Shown here piece after piece: positions 8,022 to 15,629 of a stretch of 54,978 bases of DNA (positions are counted from its first letter, which is position 1; every line of letters starts with the position of its first letter). This stretch comes from a virus (Duplodnaviria > Caudoviricetes): the IMG/VR virus record IMGVR_UViG_3300012930_000006, positions 1 to 54,978 of that record, one strand, 5' to 3'. Both the position numbers and the translations under genes were made by a program. The notes below the pieces were generated by a model that worked only from the letters and a program-made list of their open reading frames with translations, was not told where the DNA came from and made no database searches.

Positions 8022-9321
8022 TCTGCCATCGGCGGTTCTCGGCTTTGCGCTGATGGTCGCGTTCGTCCCGGGTTGGGGCGGGCTTGCGACGACGCCACGT
8101 TGGGATCTCGGCGTCATCATGGCGCTGGCGCTGTTTGTCGCGCCGGCCCGCCGGCTGACCGCGGTCGATGGTCTTGGCCTCGCGCTGATCGCATGGCTCT
8201 GCTTGTCGATCGTGTGGAGTTCGTCGCCGCTCGACGGGATCGATACGGCGCTCAAGTTGTGCTTAATCGTCGTCGCCTTCGGCCTTGGCGCCTCGATCGA
8301 CAATCCGCGTCCGCTGATCGCCGGCGCCGCGATCGGCATGGCGATCTCGAGCGTTCTGGCGGTTGCGCAGTGGTACGGTTGGGACGGCGTCATCACCATC
8401 CCGGGAGTTTCATCTGATCTTCTCGACGGATGGGACAGAGTCGTCGCAAGAAACGGCGCGCCGTCGGGCTTGTTCTTCGGCCGCGACCGTCTCGGTGAGA
8501 CTGCGGCGCTGGTGCTGGCCGGCGTGATCGGACTGCGGATGTGGTGGTCGATCGGCCTCGTGCTGCCGGCGCTGGTGCTGGCGCAGGAGCGCAACGCGTG
8601 GCTCGCGGCCGCGGTGATCGTTCTGATCGCGATATGGCAACGCGGCCGGACGTTCGAACGGTTTGTGATTGTGGCGATCATGATCCATGGCGCGTTGTTC
8701 ACCTTGATCGTCTCGACTGGTGTCGATGTGCCGTGGAAAATGGCATCTCTGGTCGAGCGCGTCGTGATCTGGAAATTTACAATCGCAAACCTGACATGGC
8801 TTGGTCATGGGCTCGGATCGTTCATCGTAGACGGTCCAGTCATGGCTTGGTCGGTCTCTCCTGGTTCCGATCTCGTTAACATGACGCGCGTGGAGCATCC
8901 GCACAATGAATGGCTCTGGCTTGCTTATGAGGGGGGAGTGGCCGCCGTCGGATTGGGCGCGGCAATTGCTCTGGCAATCGGCCGATGCGTATCACGGTGT
9001 TCCGGTCACCTTGGTCTCGTCCTTGTCGCACTCTTCGTCGTCTCGCTCTTCGCGATGCCATTTCATGATCCGGCTGCGGTCCTTCTGTCGGCTCTTGTCG
9101 CGGGGCATCTTGTTGGCGATCGTGTGCGGCTTCGCGCTGCGGCTGTCTCTGGCCGAGGTGCACTATACGCGGGGGTGGTCGCAGGACGATACGGTCGAAG
9201 CCAACCTTACGGAACTCACCCGGGCGGCGGAATTGTACCCATTCCTGCGTCGGTTTCGCGAAGGGCCGGCCGTGCGGTTGAGGTCGAGGCAGGCGGCGCC
9301 GAAGGGGCGATGACCGTCTGA
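8005..9321 (+). CDS. O-antigen ligase / Wzy_C-domain (WaaL/PglL-like) polytopic membrane protein
   Basis: Many hydrophobic segments; ERVVIWKFTI...WLGHGLGSF...HPHNEWLWLAYEGG matches the Wzy_C periplasmic-loop pattern. Confidence 0.8.
   Translation: MPTLRDLPSAVLGFALMVAFVPGWGGLATTPRWDLGVIMALALFVAPARRLTAVDGLGLALIAWLCLSIVWSSSPLDGIDTALKLCLIVVAFGLGASIDNPRPLIAGAAIGMAISSVLAVAQWYGWDGVITIPGVSSDLLDGWDRVVARNGAPSGLFFGRDRLGETAALVLAGVIGLRMWWSIGLVLPALVLAQERNAWLAAAVIVLIAIWQRGRTFERFVIVAIMIHGALFTLIVSTGVDVPWKMASLVERVVIWKFTIANLTWLGHGLGSFIVDGPVMAWSVSPGSDLVNMTRVEHPHNEWLWLAYEGGVAAVGLGAAIALAIGRCVSRCSGHLGLVLVALFVVSLFAMPFHDPAAVLLSALVAGHLVGDRVRLRAAAVSGRGALYAGVVAGRYGRSQPYGTHPGGGIVPIPASVSRRAGRAVEVEAGGAEGAMTV
9065..9313 (+). 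CDS. Overlapping alternative-frame ORF: TM helix plus TPR-like tail (possible true C-terminus of the ligase)
   Basis: GILLAIVCGFALRLSLAEVHYTRGW...LTRAAELYPFLRRFREG looks protein-like, while the in-frame ligase tail over the same DNA does not. Confidence 0.5.
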   Translation: MIRLRSFCRLLSRGILLAIVCGFALRLSLAEVHYTRGWSQDDTVEANLTELTRAAELYPFLRRFREGPAVRLRSRQAAPKGR

Positions 9322-9638
9322 TGGCCTCTACCTCAACAAGCCCCAACAACGCCACGGTGAAATTCCGCGGCAATACGGAGCGCGAGATGCCGCCCTTTCC
9401 TAAGCCCGTATCGAAAACGCAGAACGCGGCCATGCACGCGGCTGCGGCAGGCAAGTCGACGATCGGGATTCCGAAGAAAGTCGGTGCCGAGTTCGCCAAA
9501 GGCGCGGCCGGCAAGACGCTCAAGGGATTGCCCGAGCACAAGCCGTCCCGGCGCGCCCGAAAGCATGCGCGCAAGATGGCGAAGCGCGGCATGATCTCTG
9601 AGAAGGCGATGAAGGATCACATGGGCGGGGATTACTGA
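9321..9638 (+). CDS. Small basic protein with C-terminal shared motif (copy A)
   Basis: Ends ARKMAKRGMISEKAMKDHMGGDY; TGATG coupling at both ends. Confidence 0.8.
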   Translation: MASTSTSPNNATVKFRGNTEREMPPFPKPVSKTQNAAMHAAAAGKSTIGIPKKVGAEFAKGAAGKTLKGLPEHKPSRRARKHARKMAKRGMISEKAMKDHMGGDY

Positions 9639-9742
9639 TGCCGATCGAAGAATGGGAAGACTACGACGACAATCCGTAAGACGATCCTGACGCGTGGCGC
9701 GACGTGTGTAACGATCCGGCGAGGGAAGATTGTTCGGCATGA
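9638..9742 (+). pseudogene. Acidic peptide gene with one in-frame TAA
   Basis: MPIEEWEDYDDNP*DDPDAWRDVCNDPAREDCSA*; TAA at 9677-9679; TGATG overlap at the start and ATGA at the end. Confidence 0.45.
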
Positions 9743-9960
9743 CTGTTAAATCGACTACAACTGTTCGATGCTCTTCGACGATTGCCCAAAGGATAGGCGC
9801 GACAGTTTGTGCGGAAAAAGAACTATCGGAACGTGGAAATTCTGGACTTACATTCAAGAACTTTAGAGTCGATCCATTAGATGGTCCGAATGTTTTTGTG
9901 TTTTGGAAATGGCCGGTAATACATCCGGATGATGGTAAAGAATATTGGGATCCGCATTGA
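9739..9960 (+). CDS. Hypothetical protein, AT-richer
   Basis: MTVKSTTT...WKWPVIHPDDGKEYWDPH; ATGA overlap. Confidence 0.45.
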   Translation: MTVKSTTTVRCSSTIAQRIGATVCAEKELSERGNSGLTFKNFRVDPLDGPNVFVFWKWPVIHPDDGKEYWDPH

Positions 9961-9967
9961 GGTCGGT

Positions 9968-11296
9968 ATGAACTATCGATCCAAAACAGTATTGGTCTAC
10001 GACCACGGCCTCTTCGTCGAGATCGCGCGCACGCTGTCGAAGTCCTTCGGCCGCGTACTTTACTACTCCCCATGGGAGACGTCCGCGCCGAAGTCGAATG
10101 TCCGCTGCGTCGGTGAAGGTATCGACGAGATCGAACGGGTGGCGAGCATCTGGCCGCATGTCGACGAGGTTGACTTGTTCGTGTTTCCCGACGTGTTCGA
10201 AGGTGCACTGCAGGAATATCTCGTCAAGATCGGTAAGCGCGTATGGGGCTGCCGCATGGGCGAGGAGCTTGAGCTTGACCGCACCGCATGCAAGGAGCAC
10301 TGCGCCGGTCTCGGCATTGATATCGGTCCGTACACGACACTGAAGGGACTCGACGCGCTGCGCTCGCATCTCAAACGCCACAAAGACCAGTTTGTGAAGA
10401 TCCCGTATCTCCGCGGCGACATGGAAACCTTCAAGGCCGACAACTACGAGCTGATTGAGCCGCGGTTGAACGAACTCGCCGACAACTTTGCCAGCAAGAC
10501 CATGGAGTTCATCTGCGAAGAGGAAATTCCTGACGCGATCGAGGTCGGTTACGACGGGTACACGGTCGACGGTAGGTTTCCGAAAGAGGGTATCGTTGGT
10601 GTGGAATGCAAGGACCAAGCGTATGTGTGTGCGGCGATGCCGTACCGCGACATGCCGGCGTCGGTGCGAAGCGTCAACTCAAAGCTCGCAAGCACGCTCA
10701 AGGATTACAGCTATCGCGGCTTCATCTCGACCGAGATACGTGTTTCTCCGGACGGAAAGGCATACTTGATCGACCCGTGCGCGCGTTGCGGATCGCCGCC
10801 GTCGGAGCTCTATCAGATGATGATCGGTAATCTCGCCGATGTTCTGTGGGAGGGCGCCGAGGGAATCCTGATCGATCCGGAACTGATCAAGCCGTTCGGC
10901 GCCGAGTTGCTGCTGATCTCCGAATGGGCCGACAAGAACTGGCAGCAAGTCGACTTTCCGGCCTCGATCCGCGAGCACGTCAAGCTGCGAAACTTGATGA
11001 TGATCGACGGCGAATACTACGTGGCGCCGCAATCGAACGGAACGACGGCGATCGGCGCCGTGGTCGCGATGGGCGACACGCAAGAGGAGGCGATCGAGGA
11101 GTGCAAGCGCTTGGCCGAGATGGTCGAGGGCTACTCAATCGAGAAGCCGATCCAGGCACTCGACAAGGCGGGCGAGCAATTGACGGAAATCCTTGCCGAC
11201 CAGAAACCCAAGTCGAAGGCCGAACGCAAGGTCGAGAGCCTGTCGCGCCGCGGCATAATCTCCGACAAGGCACTTCGCAAGCATGTGACGGTCTGA
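9968..11296 (+). CDS. PurD/GAR-synthetase-like ATP-grasp ligase with C-terminal shared motif (copy B)
   Basis: ELELDR..CK, FVKI, FICEEEI..AIEVG, YRGFISTEIR, YLIDPCARCGSP and VVAMGDTQEEA parallel the PurD motifs. A helical extension ends LSRRGIISDKALRKH. Confidence 0.8.
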   Translation: MNYRSKTVLVYDHGLFVEIARTLSKSFGRVLYYSPWETSAPKSNVRCVGEGIDEIERVASIWPHVDEVDLFVFPDVFEGALQEYLVKIGKRVWGCRMGEELELDRTACKEHCAGLGIDIGPYTTLKGLDALRSHLKRHKDQFVKIPYLRGDMETFKADNYELIEPRLNELADNFASKTMEFICEEEIPDAIEVGYDGYTVDGRFPKEGIVGVECKDQAYVCAAMPYRDMPASVRSVNSKLASTLKDYSYRGFISTEIRVSPDGKAYLIDPCARCGSPPSELYQMMIGNLADVLWEGAEGILIDPELIKPFGAELLLISEWADKNWQQVDFPASIREHVKLRNLMMIDGEYYVAPQSNGTTAIGAVVAMGDTQEEAIEECKRLAEMVEGYSIEKPIQALDKAGEQLTEILADQKPKSKAERKVESLSRRGIISDKALRKHVTV

Positions 11297-11297
11297 C

Positions 11298-11513
11298 ATG
11301 AACGACGTGTCAAACGATATGCCTCCGTCGAATATGACCCGGGCAAACATCACCGGGAAGGTCACACAGACCGAGATCCATCGTGGCCGTCGCGGTAAGG
11401 TCAAGCGCGTCAAACTCGAGCAGCACCAGAAAAGCCACGTCAGGCAGTTGCAAAAGCGCGGACAGATTTCGCCGAAAGCGGCGGCCAGCCACGGACTGCA
11501 GGGGAAAAAGTGA
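11298..11513 (+). CDS. Small basic protein with shared motif (copy C)
   Basis: Ends VRQLQKRGQISPKAAASHGLQGKK. Confidence 0.75.
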   Translation: MNDVSNDMPPSNMTRANITGKVTQTEIHRGRRGKVKRVKLEQHQKSHVRQLQKRGQISPKAAASHGLQGKK

Positions 11514-11674
11514 TGCCCAGCGTTGATATCGAGACCAGCACGCAAGCGCCACCAAAGAATCCGCCGCGCGGCGTCAACACGAAGAAAAACTTTGCCATGC
11601 GGAAGGCGAGGAAACTCGCCAAGCGCGGCATCATCTCGCCGAAGGCGCTGGCGAAGATGGGCACGGAGGATTGA
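11513..11674 (+). CDS. 53-aa basic protein with shared motif (copy D; absent from the ORF track)
   Basis: MPSVDIETSTQAPPKNPPRGVNTKKNFAMRKARKLAKRGIISPKALAKMGTED*; TGATG coupling. Confidence 0.8.
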   Translation: MPSVDIETSTQAPPKNPPRGVNTKKNFAMRKARKLAKRGIISPKALAKMGTED

Positions 11675-11679
11675 CAGCG

Positions 11680-11793
11680 GTGCGACTGAAACAGGGCTAT
11701 CGTCTAAAGCTATAAGACGCCCGAAAGGGAAATCCGGGTAGCGACAAAACCCGGTAGTCCGACCCTCTCCGGATGGGGACAGAGCAGTCGCAC
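11680..11793 (+). ncRNA. Structured RNA containing an anticodon-less tRNA-like cloverleaf
   Basis: Closing helix GTGCGACTG/CAGTCGCAC. Inside are GGGCTA/TAGTCC, GTCT/AGAC, CCC-GAAA-GGG, CCGGG/CCCGG and TCTCC/GGGGA. Confidence 0.7.
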
Positions 11794-11824
11794 GGGGCGA
11801 GTCATGTTTTTGAGGAAAACCACC

Positions 11825-12094
11825 ATGGCCTATGATTCTCCGACCGCAACAATCGGTGGCAGCAAGCGAAAGTCGAAGTCCTACAGCCATCCCGATCGGG
11901 AGTGGGAAGTCCGCGACGCAATGCACACGATGATGCGTGCAGCCGAGATCGTCGCTGACAAGAAGCTCATGGCGCAGGTCAAGAAACACGCTGCCGAACA
12001 CGCCGCCAAGATGAAAGACGTGTCGTACCAGGCTGCGATGCTCGCCAAGGCTGGGCGCATCTCGCCCAAGGCAATGGCGAAGATGAGGCACTGA
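11825..12094 (+). CDS. Small basic protein with shared motif (copy E)
   Basis: RBS GAGGA; ends AAMLAKAGRISPKAMAKMRH; abuts the portal gene. Confidence 0.8.
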   Translation: MAYDSPTATIGGSKRKSKSYSHPDREWEVRDAMHTMMRAAEIVADKKLMAQVKKHAAEHAAKMKDVSYQAAMLAKAGRISPKAMAKMRH

Positions 12095-12095
12095 T

Positions 12096-14102
12096 TTGCC
12101 GCTGACCGAAGTCACATATGACCAATTGCAGCGTGCCGATTCGGCGCGACTGACGCCGCTTGTGTCGAGCGACGAGAAGGAGCCGGGAAACAAGCGCGAG
12201 GTGCCGACTGGAGACGAAGATGCCGCGCGGTATCTTTCTGTCCGAACGCTGCGCAACCAATTCCTCGACTACCTCACCAGCAAGGTAGACGAGATCGAGG
12301 AGCAGAAGGATGCGCGGCGATACTATCACGGCGCACACCTGACCGCCGATCAGTTGAGAATCCTCCGCGCGAGGCACCAGCCTCCGATCGTATGGAACCG
12401 GACCAACCGCAAGATCAACGGCATCGTCGGTCTGGTCGAGAAGATGCGATCGGATCCGAAGGCGTTGCCGCGCACACCGAAGAGCGAGCAGGGCGCCGAG
12501 ATCGCGACGCAGTCGATCCGCTACGTGCTCGACTGCAACGAGTGGAAGACGATCGATCCGTGGTGCATCCTGCAATCTGGCATAGACGGAATCGCCGGCA
12601 CGCAGCGGGTGCTCACGCACGACAAGAAGGGCAATTACAATCTCCGGCTTGATTGGGTGATCGGCGACGAATATTTTTATCAGCCGAAATCGTATCGTAT
12701 GGACTTTGCGGATTCCCGCTACGAGGGCCTCGCGAAGTGGCTTGATCTTGATGAAGCGATCGAACTGTTTCCCGAGCAAGAGGAGTTGCTCAATGGCCTA
12801 TTCGAGGGCGACAGTGATCTCACCACGAATCCCGATCGAGACATCAAATGGCTGATGACCTCGACTCGGCATCTTCGCCTCGTCGAGCATTGGTACAAGC
12901 ATCGCGGTCGATGGTGCTGGGCGTTCTATGTCGGCGCGGTGCTGATCGACCAGGGCGAGTCGCCATTCTTTGACGACGAAGGAAACTCGATCTCGTCGTT
13001 CGACATGTTCTCGGCCGCGGTCGATCAAGACGGAGACCGCTACGGTTTTGTGCGCAACCTTAAGGGCCCGCAGGACTCGCTCAACCAGGGCAAGTCCAAG
13101 ATGCTGCACCTCGCCAACACGAAGCTCCTCAAGGGCACAAAGGGCGTGGTCGACGACGTCGAGACCGCGAGGCGTGAGGCGTCCCGCCCGGACGGATATC
13201 TCGAGGTCAATCCTGGTGGCACGCTCGAGCTCGTACAAACGACGGCGGATCTCGCAGCGTTCTCGCAATTCACCGAGGACGCCAAGGCCGAACTTGATGC
13301 CTATGCGAATTCGAACATCGCAGCGATGACCGGCGCCGGCATGGCGAACATCTCGGGACGTGCGTTGGAAATCCTGCGCCAGCCCGGCATGGCAGAGCTC
13401 GGTCCATTCATCCTTGCGGTGCGCGGCTGGAAACTTCGTCTCTATCGCAACATCTGGAATACCGTGCAGCGCTACTGGACGGCCGAGCGATGGATACGCG
13501 TCAACAACAACGAAGGTCTGGGGCAGTTCATCCAATTGAACGGGCTCGGCCTCGACCAGAGCGGGTTGCCGTCGATCATCAATGCGGTCGGAGCGCTCGA
13601 CGTCGACATCATCCTCGAGGAGGGACGCGACATCGCGAGCATGATGGCGGACACCTCCGACGCGCTCAAGGGCTATCCGCCTGGAACGTTCCCGCCGCAA
13701 GTCCTCATCGAGATGTCGGATCTTCCGCGGTCGGAAAAGAACCGCATCATGCAGATGATGTCGCCGAAGCCGCCGCCGCCCGATCCCATGGGCGACCTCG
13801 CCAAGCGGCTGTCGCTCGAAAGCCTCGCCGGCAAGAACGCCAAGACGGCGGCCGAGACGGTCAAGACCCATGCGGGCGCGGAGGAATTACGGGCGAAGGC
13901 CGAGAAGGAGCGCGCGGAGGTCGGCACCGCGGCCGCGCGGGCGGGGCATCTCGCCAGTGCCGCCCACATCGATGCGGCCGAGTTTGCGCGTGACACATTG
14001 CTCGAGGCGCACAGGATCGCCAATCCGGAGCCGCCAGCCGGCGCGCCAAATGGTTCGCCGCAGAGATCGTCGATGCCGCAGCAATATCCGTTGCCGTTCT
14101 GA
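12096..14102 (+). CDS. Portal protein (P22-like)
   Basis: 668 aa; RRYYHGAHLT..QLRIL..RHQPPIVWNR, YGFVRNLKGPQDSLN, YWTAERWIRV, DVDIILEEG and a C-terminal coiled coil. Confidence 0.9.
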   Translation: MPLTEVTYDQLQRADSARLTPLVSSDEKEPGNKREVPTGDEDAARYLSVRTLRNQFLDYLTSKVDEIEEQKDARRYYHGAHLTADQLRILRARHQPPIVWNRTNRKINGIVGLVEKMRSDPKALPRTPKSEQGAEIATQSIRYVLDCNEWKTIDPWCILQSGIDGIAGTQRVLTHDKKGNYNLRLDWVIGDEYFYQPKSYRMDFADSRYEGLAKWLDLDEAIELFPEQEELLNGLFEGDSDLTTNPDRDIKWLMTSTRHLRLVEHWYKHRGRWCWAFYVGAVLIDQGESPFFDDEGNSISSFDMFSAAVDQDGDRYGFVRNLKGPQDSLNQGKSKMLHLANTKLLKGTKGVVDDVETARREASRPDGYLEVNPGGTLELVQTTADLAAFSQFTEDAKAELDAYANSNIAAMTGAGMANISGRALEILRQPGMAELGPFILAVRGWKLRLYRNIWNTVQRYWTAERWIRVNNNEGLGQFIQLNGLGLDQSGLPSIINAVGALDVDIILEEGRDIASMMADTSDALKGYPPGTFPPQVLIEMSDLPRSEKNRIMQMMSPKPPPPDPMGDLAKRLSLESLAGKNAKTAAETVKTHAGAEELRAKAEKERAEVGTAAARAGHLASAAHIDAAEFARDTLLEAHRIANPEPPAGAPNGSPQRSSMPQQYPLPF

Positions 14103-14111
14103 TCATAGAGG

Positions 14112-14870
14112 ATGGATGTCATGACCCGCATGATCTGGCGTGTGGTCGCGGCGGTAGGTATGATGATTGTCTCGGTTATGCCTATTCTGGCACAAAATAG
14201 TTGGGAAACGCCCGGAGGTTCGCGTGCCCCTGGTGGCGTAATGATGTGTTTGAATTCGCAGGGACAGGCGGTTCCGGTCGATCAATCTGGTGCATGCCCA
14301 AGTGGAGGCGGTGGGGGTGGTGGTGTCACGATCGCGGACGGTGCGGATGCAACAAAGGGCGCAAAGGCTGATAGTGCATGTGCGAGCGACATCGCAACGT
14401 GTACGTTGATATCGCTCGTCAAGCGTCTCAACCAAAGCATCACGACACTGATCGCTGCAGTGACGTCGTCGATTCCCGCCGGAACGTTTCGCATCGGGTA
14501 CACCAGCGACGATCCGTGCGCCAACCTGATTAAAATCCCGATCCCGATCAGCCAGGCGACCAGCACGCAGATCATTTCCGGGACCTCGGCGCAGAAAATC
14601 TATGTCTGTTCATTCGCGCTGATCTCTAGCCCGGGTGAAAACGTAAACCTTATCGAAGGAACTGGAAGCGTGTGCGCGACGGGATCGACCGCGATGCTGG
14701 GATCGACAACTGCAGCGAACGGATTGAGTATTCCGGCAAACGGCGGTCTCACACATGGAAGCGGTGCCGGAACGGTTGCTGGCGCGGTCGCAACGCCAGC
14801 CGACAATGTGTGCCTGACGCAGAGCGGAACGGCTCGGGTGTCGGGAGTCCTCAGCTATGTCAAGCAATAA
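14112..14870 (+). CDS. Putative virion accessory protein with signal peptide, 8 Cys
   Basis: N-terminus RMIWRVVAAVGMMIVSVMPILA|Q; Gly/Ser/Thr-rich beta-strand C-domain; lies in the head operon. Confidence 0.65.
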   Translation: MDVMTRMIWRVVAAVGMMIVSVMPILAQNSWETPGGSRAPGGVMMCLNSQGQAVPVDQSGACPSGGGGGGGVTIADGADATKGAKADSACASDIATCTLISLVKRLNQSITTLIAAVTSSIPAGTFRIGYTSDDPCANLIKIPIPISQATSTQIISGTSAQKIYVCSFALISSPGENVNLIEGTGSVCATGSTAMLGSTTAANGLSIPANGGLTHGSGAGTVAGAVATPADNVCLTQSGTARVSGVLSYVKQ

Positions 14871-14888
14871 CCAGTCCTCAGTGAACCC

Positions 14889-15629
14889 ATGCGCCGCTTG
14901 CTGACCATCTTTGCGCTGTTGCTGAGTGTTGTTGCGGCATATGCGCAGATCCCGCTGACCGGAGCAGGGCGGGGAACTCCGGGAGGAGGGGCAGCGGTCT
15001 TTGCCACCTATACACAGACCGACAACCCAGCGGCACAAGCGACGCCTGGAACTTCTACTGTTACATTTACAGCGGTCAATATTGGTACGGCGGTCTCCAA
15101 TCGGGTTGTCGTAATTACCTTCACGAATGCTGGTGTTATCGCGACCGCAATGACAATTGGTGGCGTGAACGCTACCAAGGCGGTCGAGGAGTCCAGTAGA
15201 GTATCATCGCTTCAAATTTGGTATGCGACGGTTCCGTCTGGGACGACGGCAAATGTCGTTATTTCATTTCCAAGCAACCCGACGAATTGCATTCTTGTTG
15301 CTGGAAATTTCAACAGCGGTGCATCGACAACACCAGCTAATACCCAAACTGGGCAGAGTGCATTATCAAATACGCAGGTATTAAATACGACTATACCAAC
15401 TAGTGGATTTGGTGTCATGGGAATCGTGACACTGAATGGAGTTGAAACACCAACATGGATTAATATGACGAATGTCGGCGGGGATACTACTACCAGCTCA
15501 AATGACGGGTCATCGCAAATTACATTATATACCGCTCATTCCATCACCGCTGGATCTCCTACTACCCTGACCGGAACATTGACAACCCCAACCCAGATTC
15601 ATTCGGTATCAGTGTCATGGGGTCCGTGA
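14889..15629 (+). CDS. Putative virion accessory protein with signal peptide, Thr-rich
   Basis: MRRLLTIFALLLSVVAAYA|Q; beta-rich and AT-richer DNA. Confidence 0.65.
   Translation: MRRLLTIFALLLSVVAAYAQIPLTGAGRGTPGGGAAVFATYTQTDNPAAQATPGTSTVTFTAVNIGTAVSNRVVVITFTNAGVIATAMTIGGVNATKAVEESSRVSSLQIWYATVPSGTTANVVISFPSNPTNCILVAGNFNSGASTTPANTQTGQSALSNTQVLNTTIPTSGFGVMGIVTLNGVETPTWINMTNVGGDTTTSSNDGSSQITLYTAHSITAGSPTTLTGTLTTPTQIHSVSVSWGP

Noticed and set aside
9968-11296. Calling the ATP-grasp gene purD (auxiliary metabolic gene)
   Set aside because: PurD substrate-binding motifs are not evident and the context is virion morphogenesis, so the gene symbol was withheld.
11693-11765. Annotating the element as a functional tRNA or a Y RNA
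   Set aside because: It has no anticodon loop, TTC T-loop or CCA. No Ro60 gene is seen, and the arm order is that of a standard tRNA rather than the permuted YrlA arrangement.
11135-13871. Long minus-strand ORFs opposite the head genes (e.g. 11135-12256, 12798-13871)
   Set aside because: These are antisense shadows typical of high-GC coding DNA, with no motifs; the plus strand holds the coherent genes.
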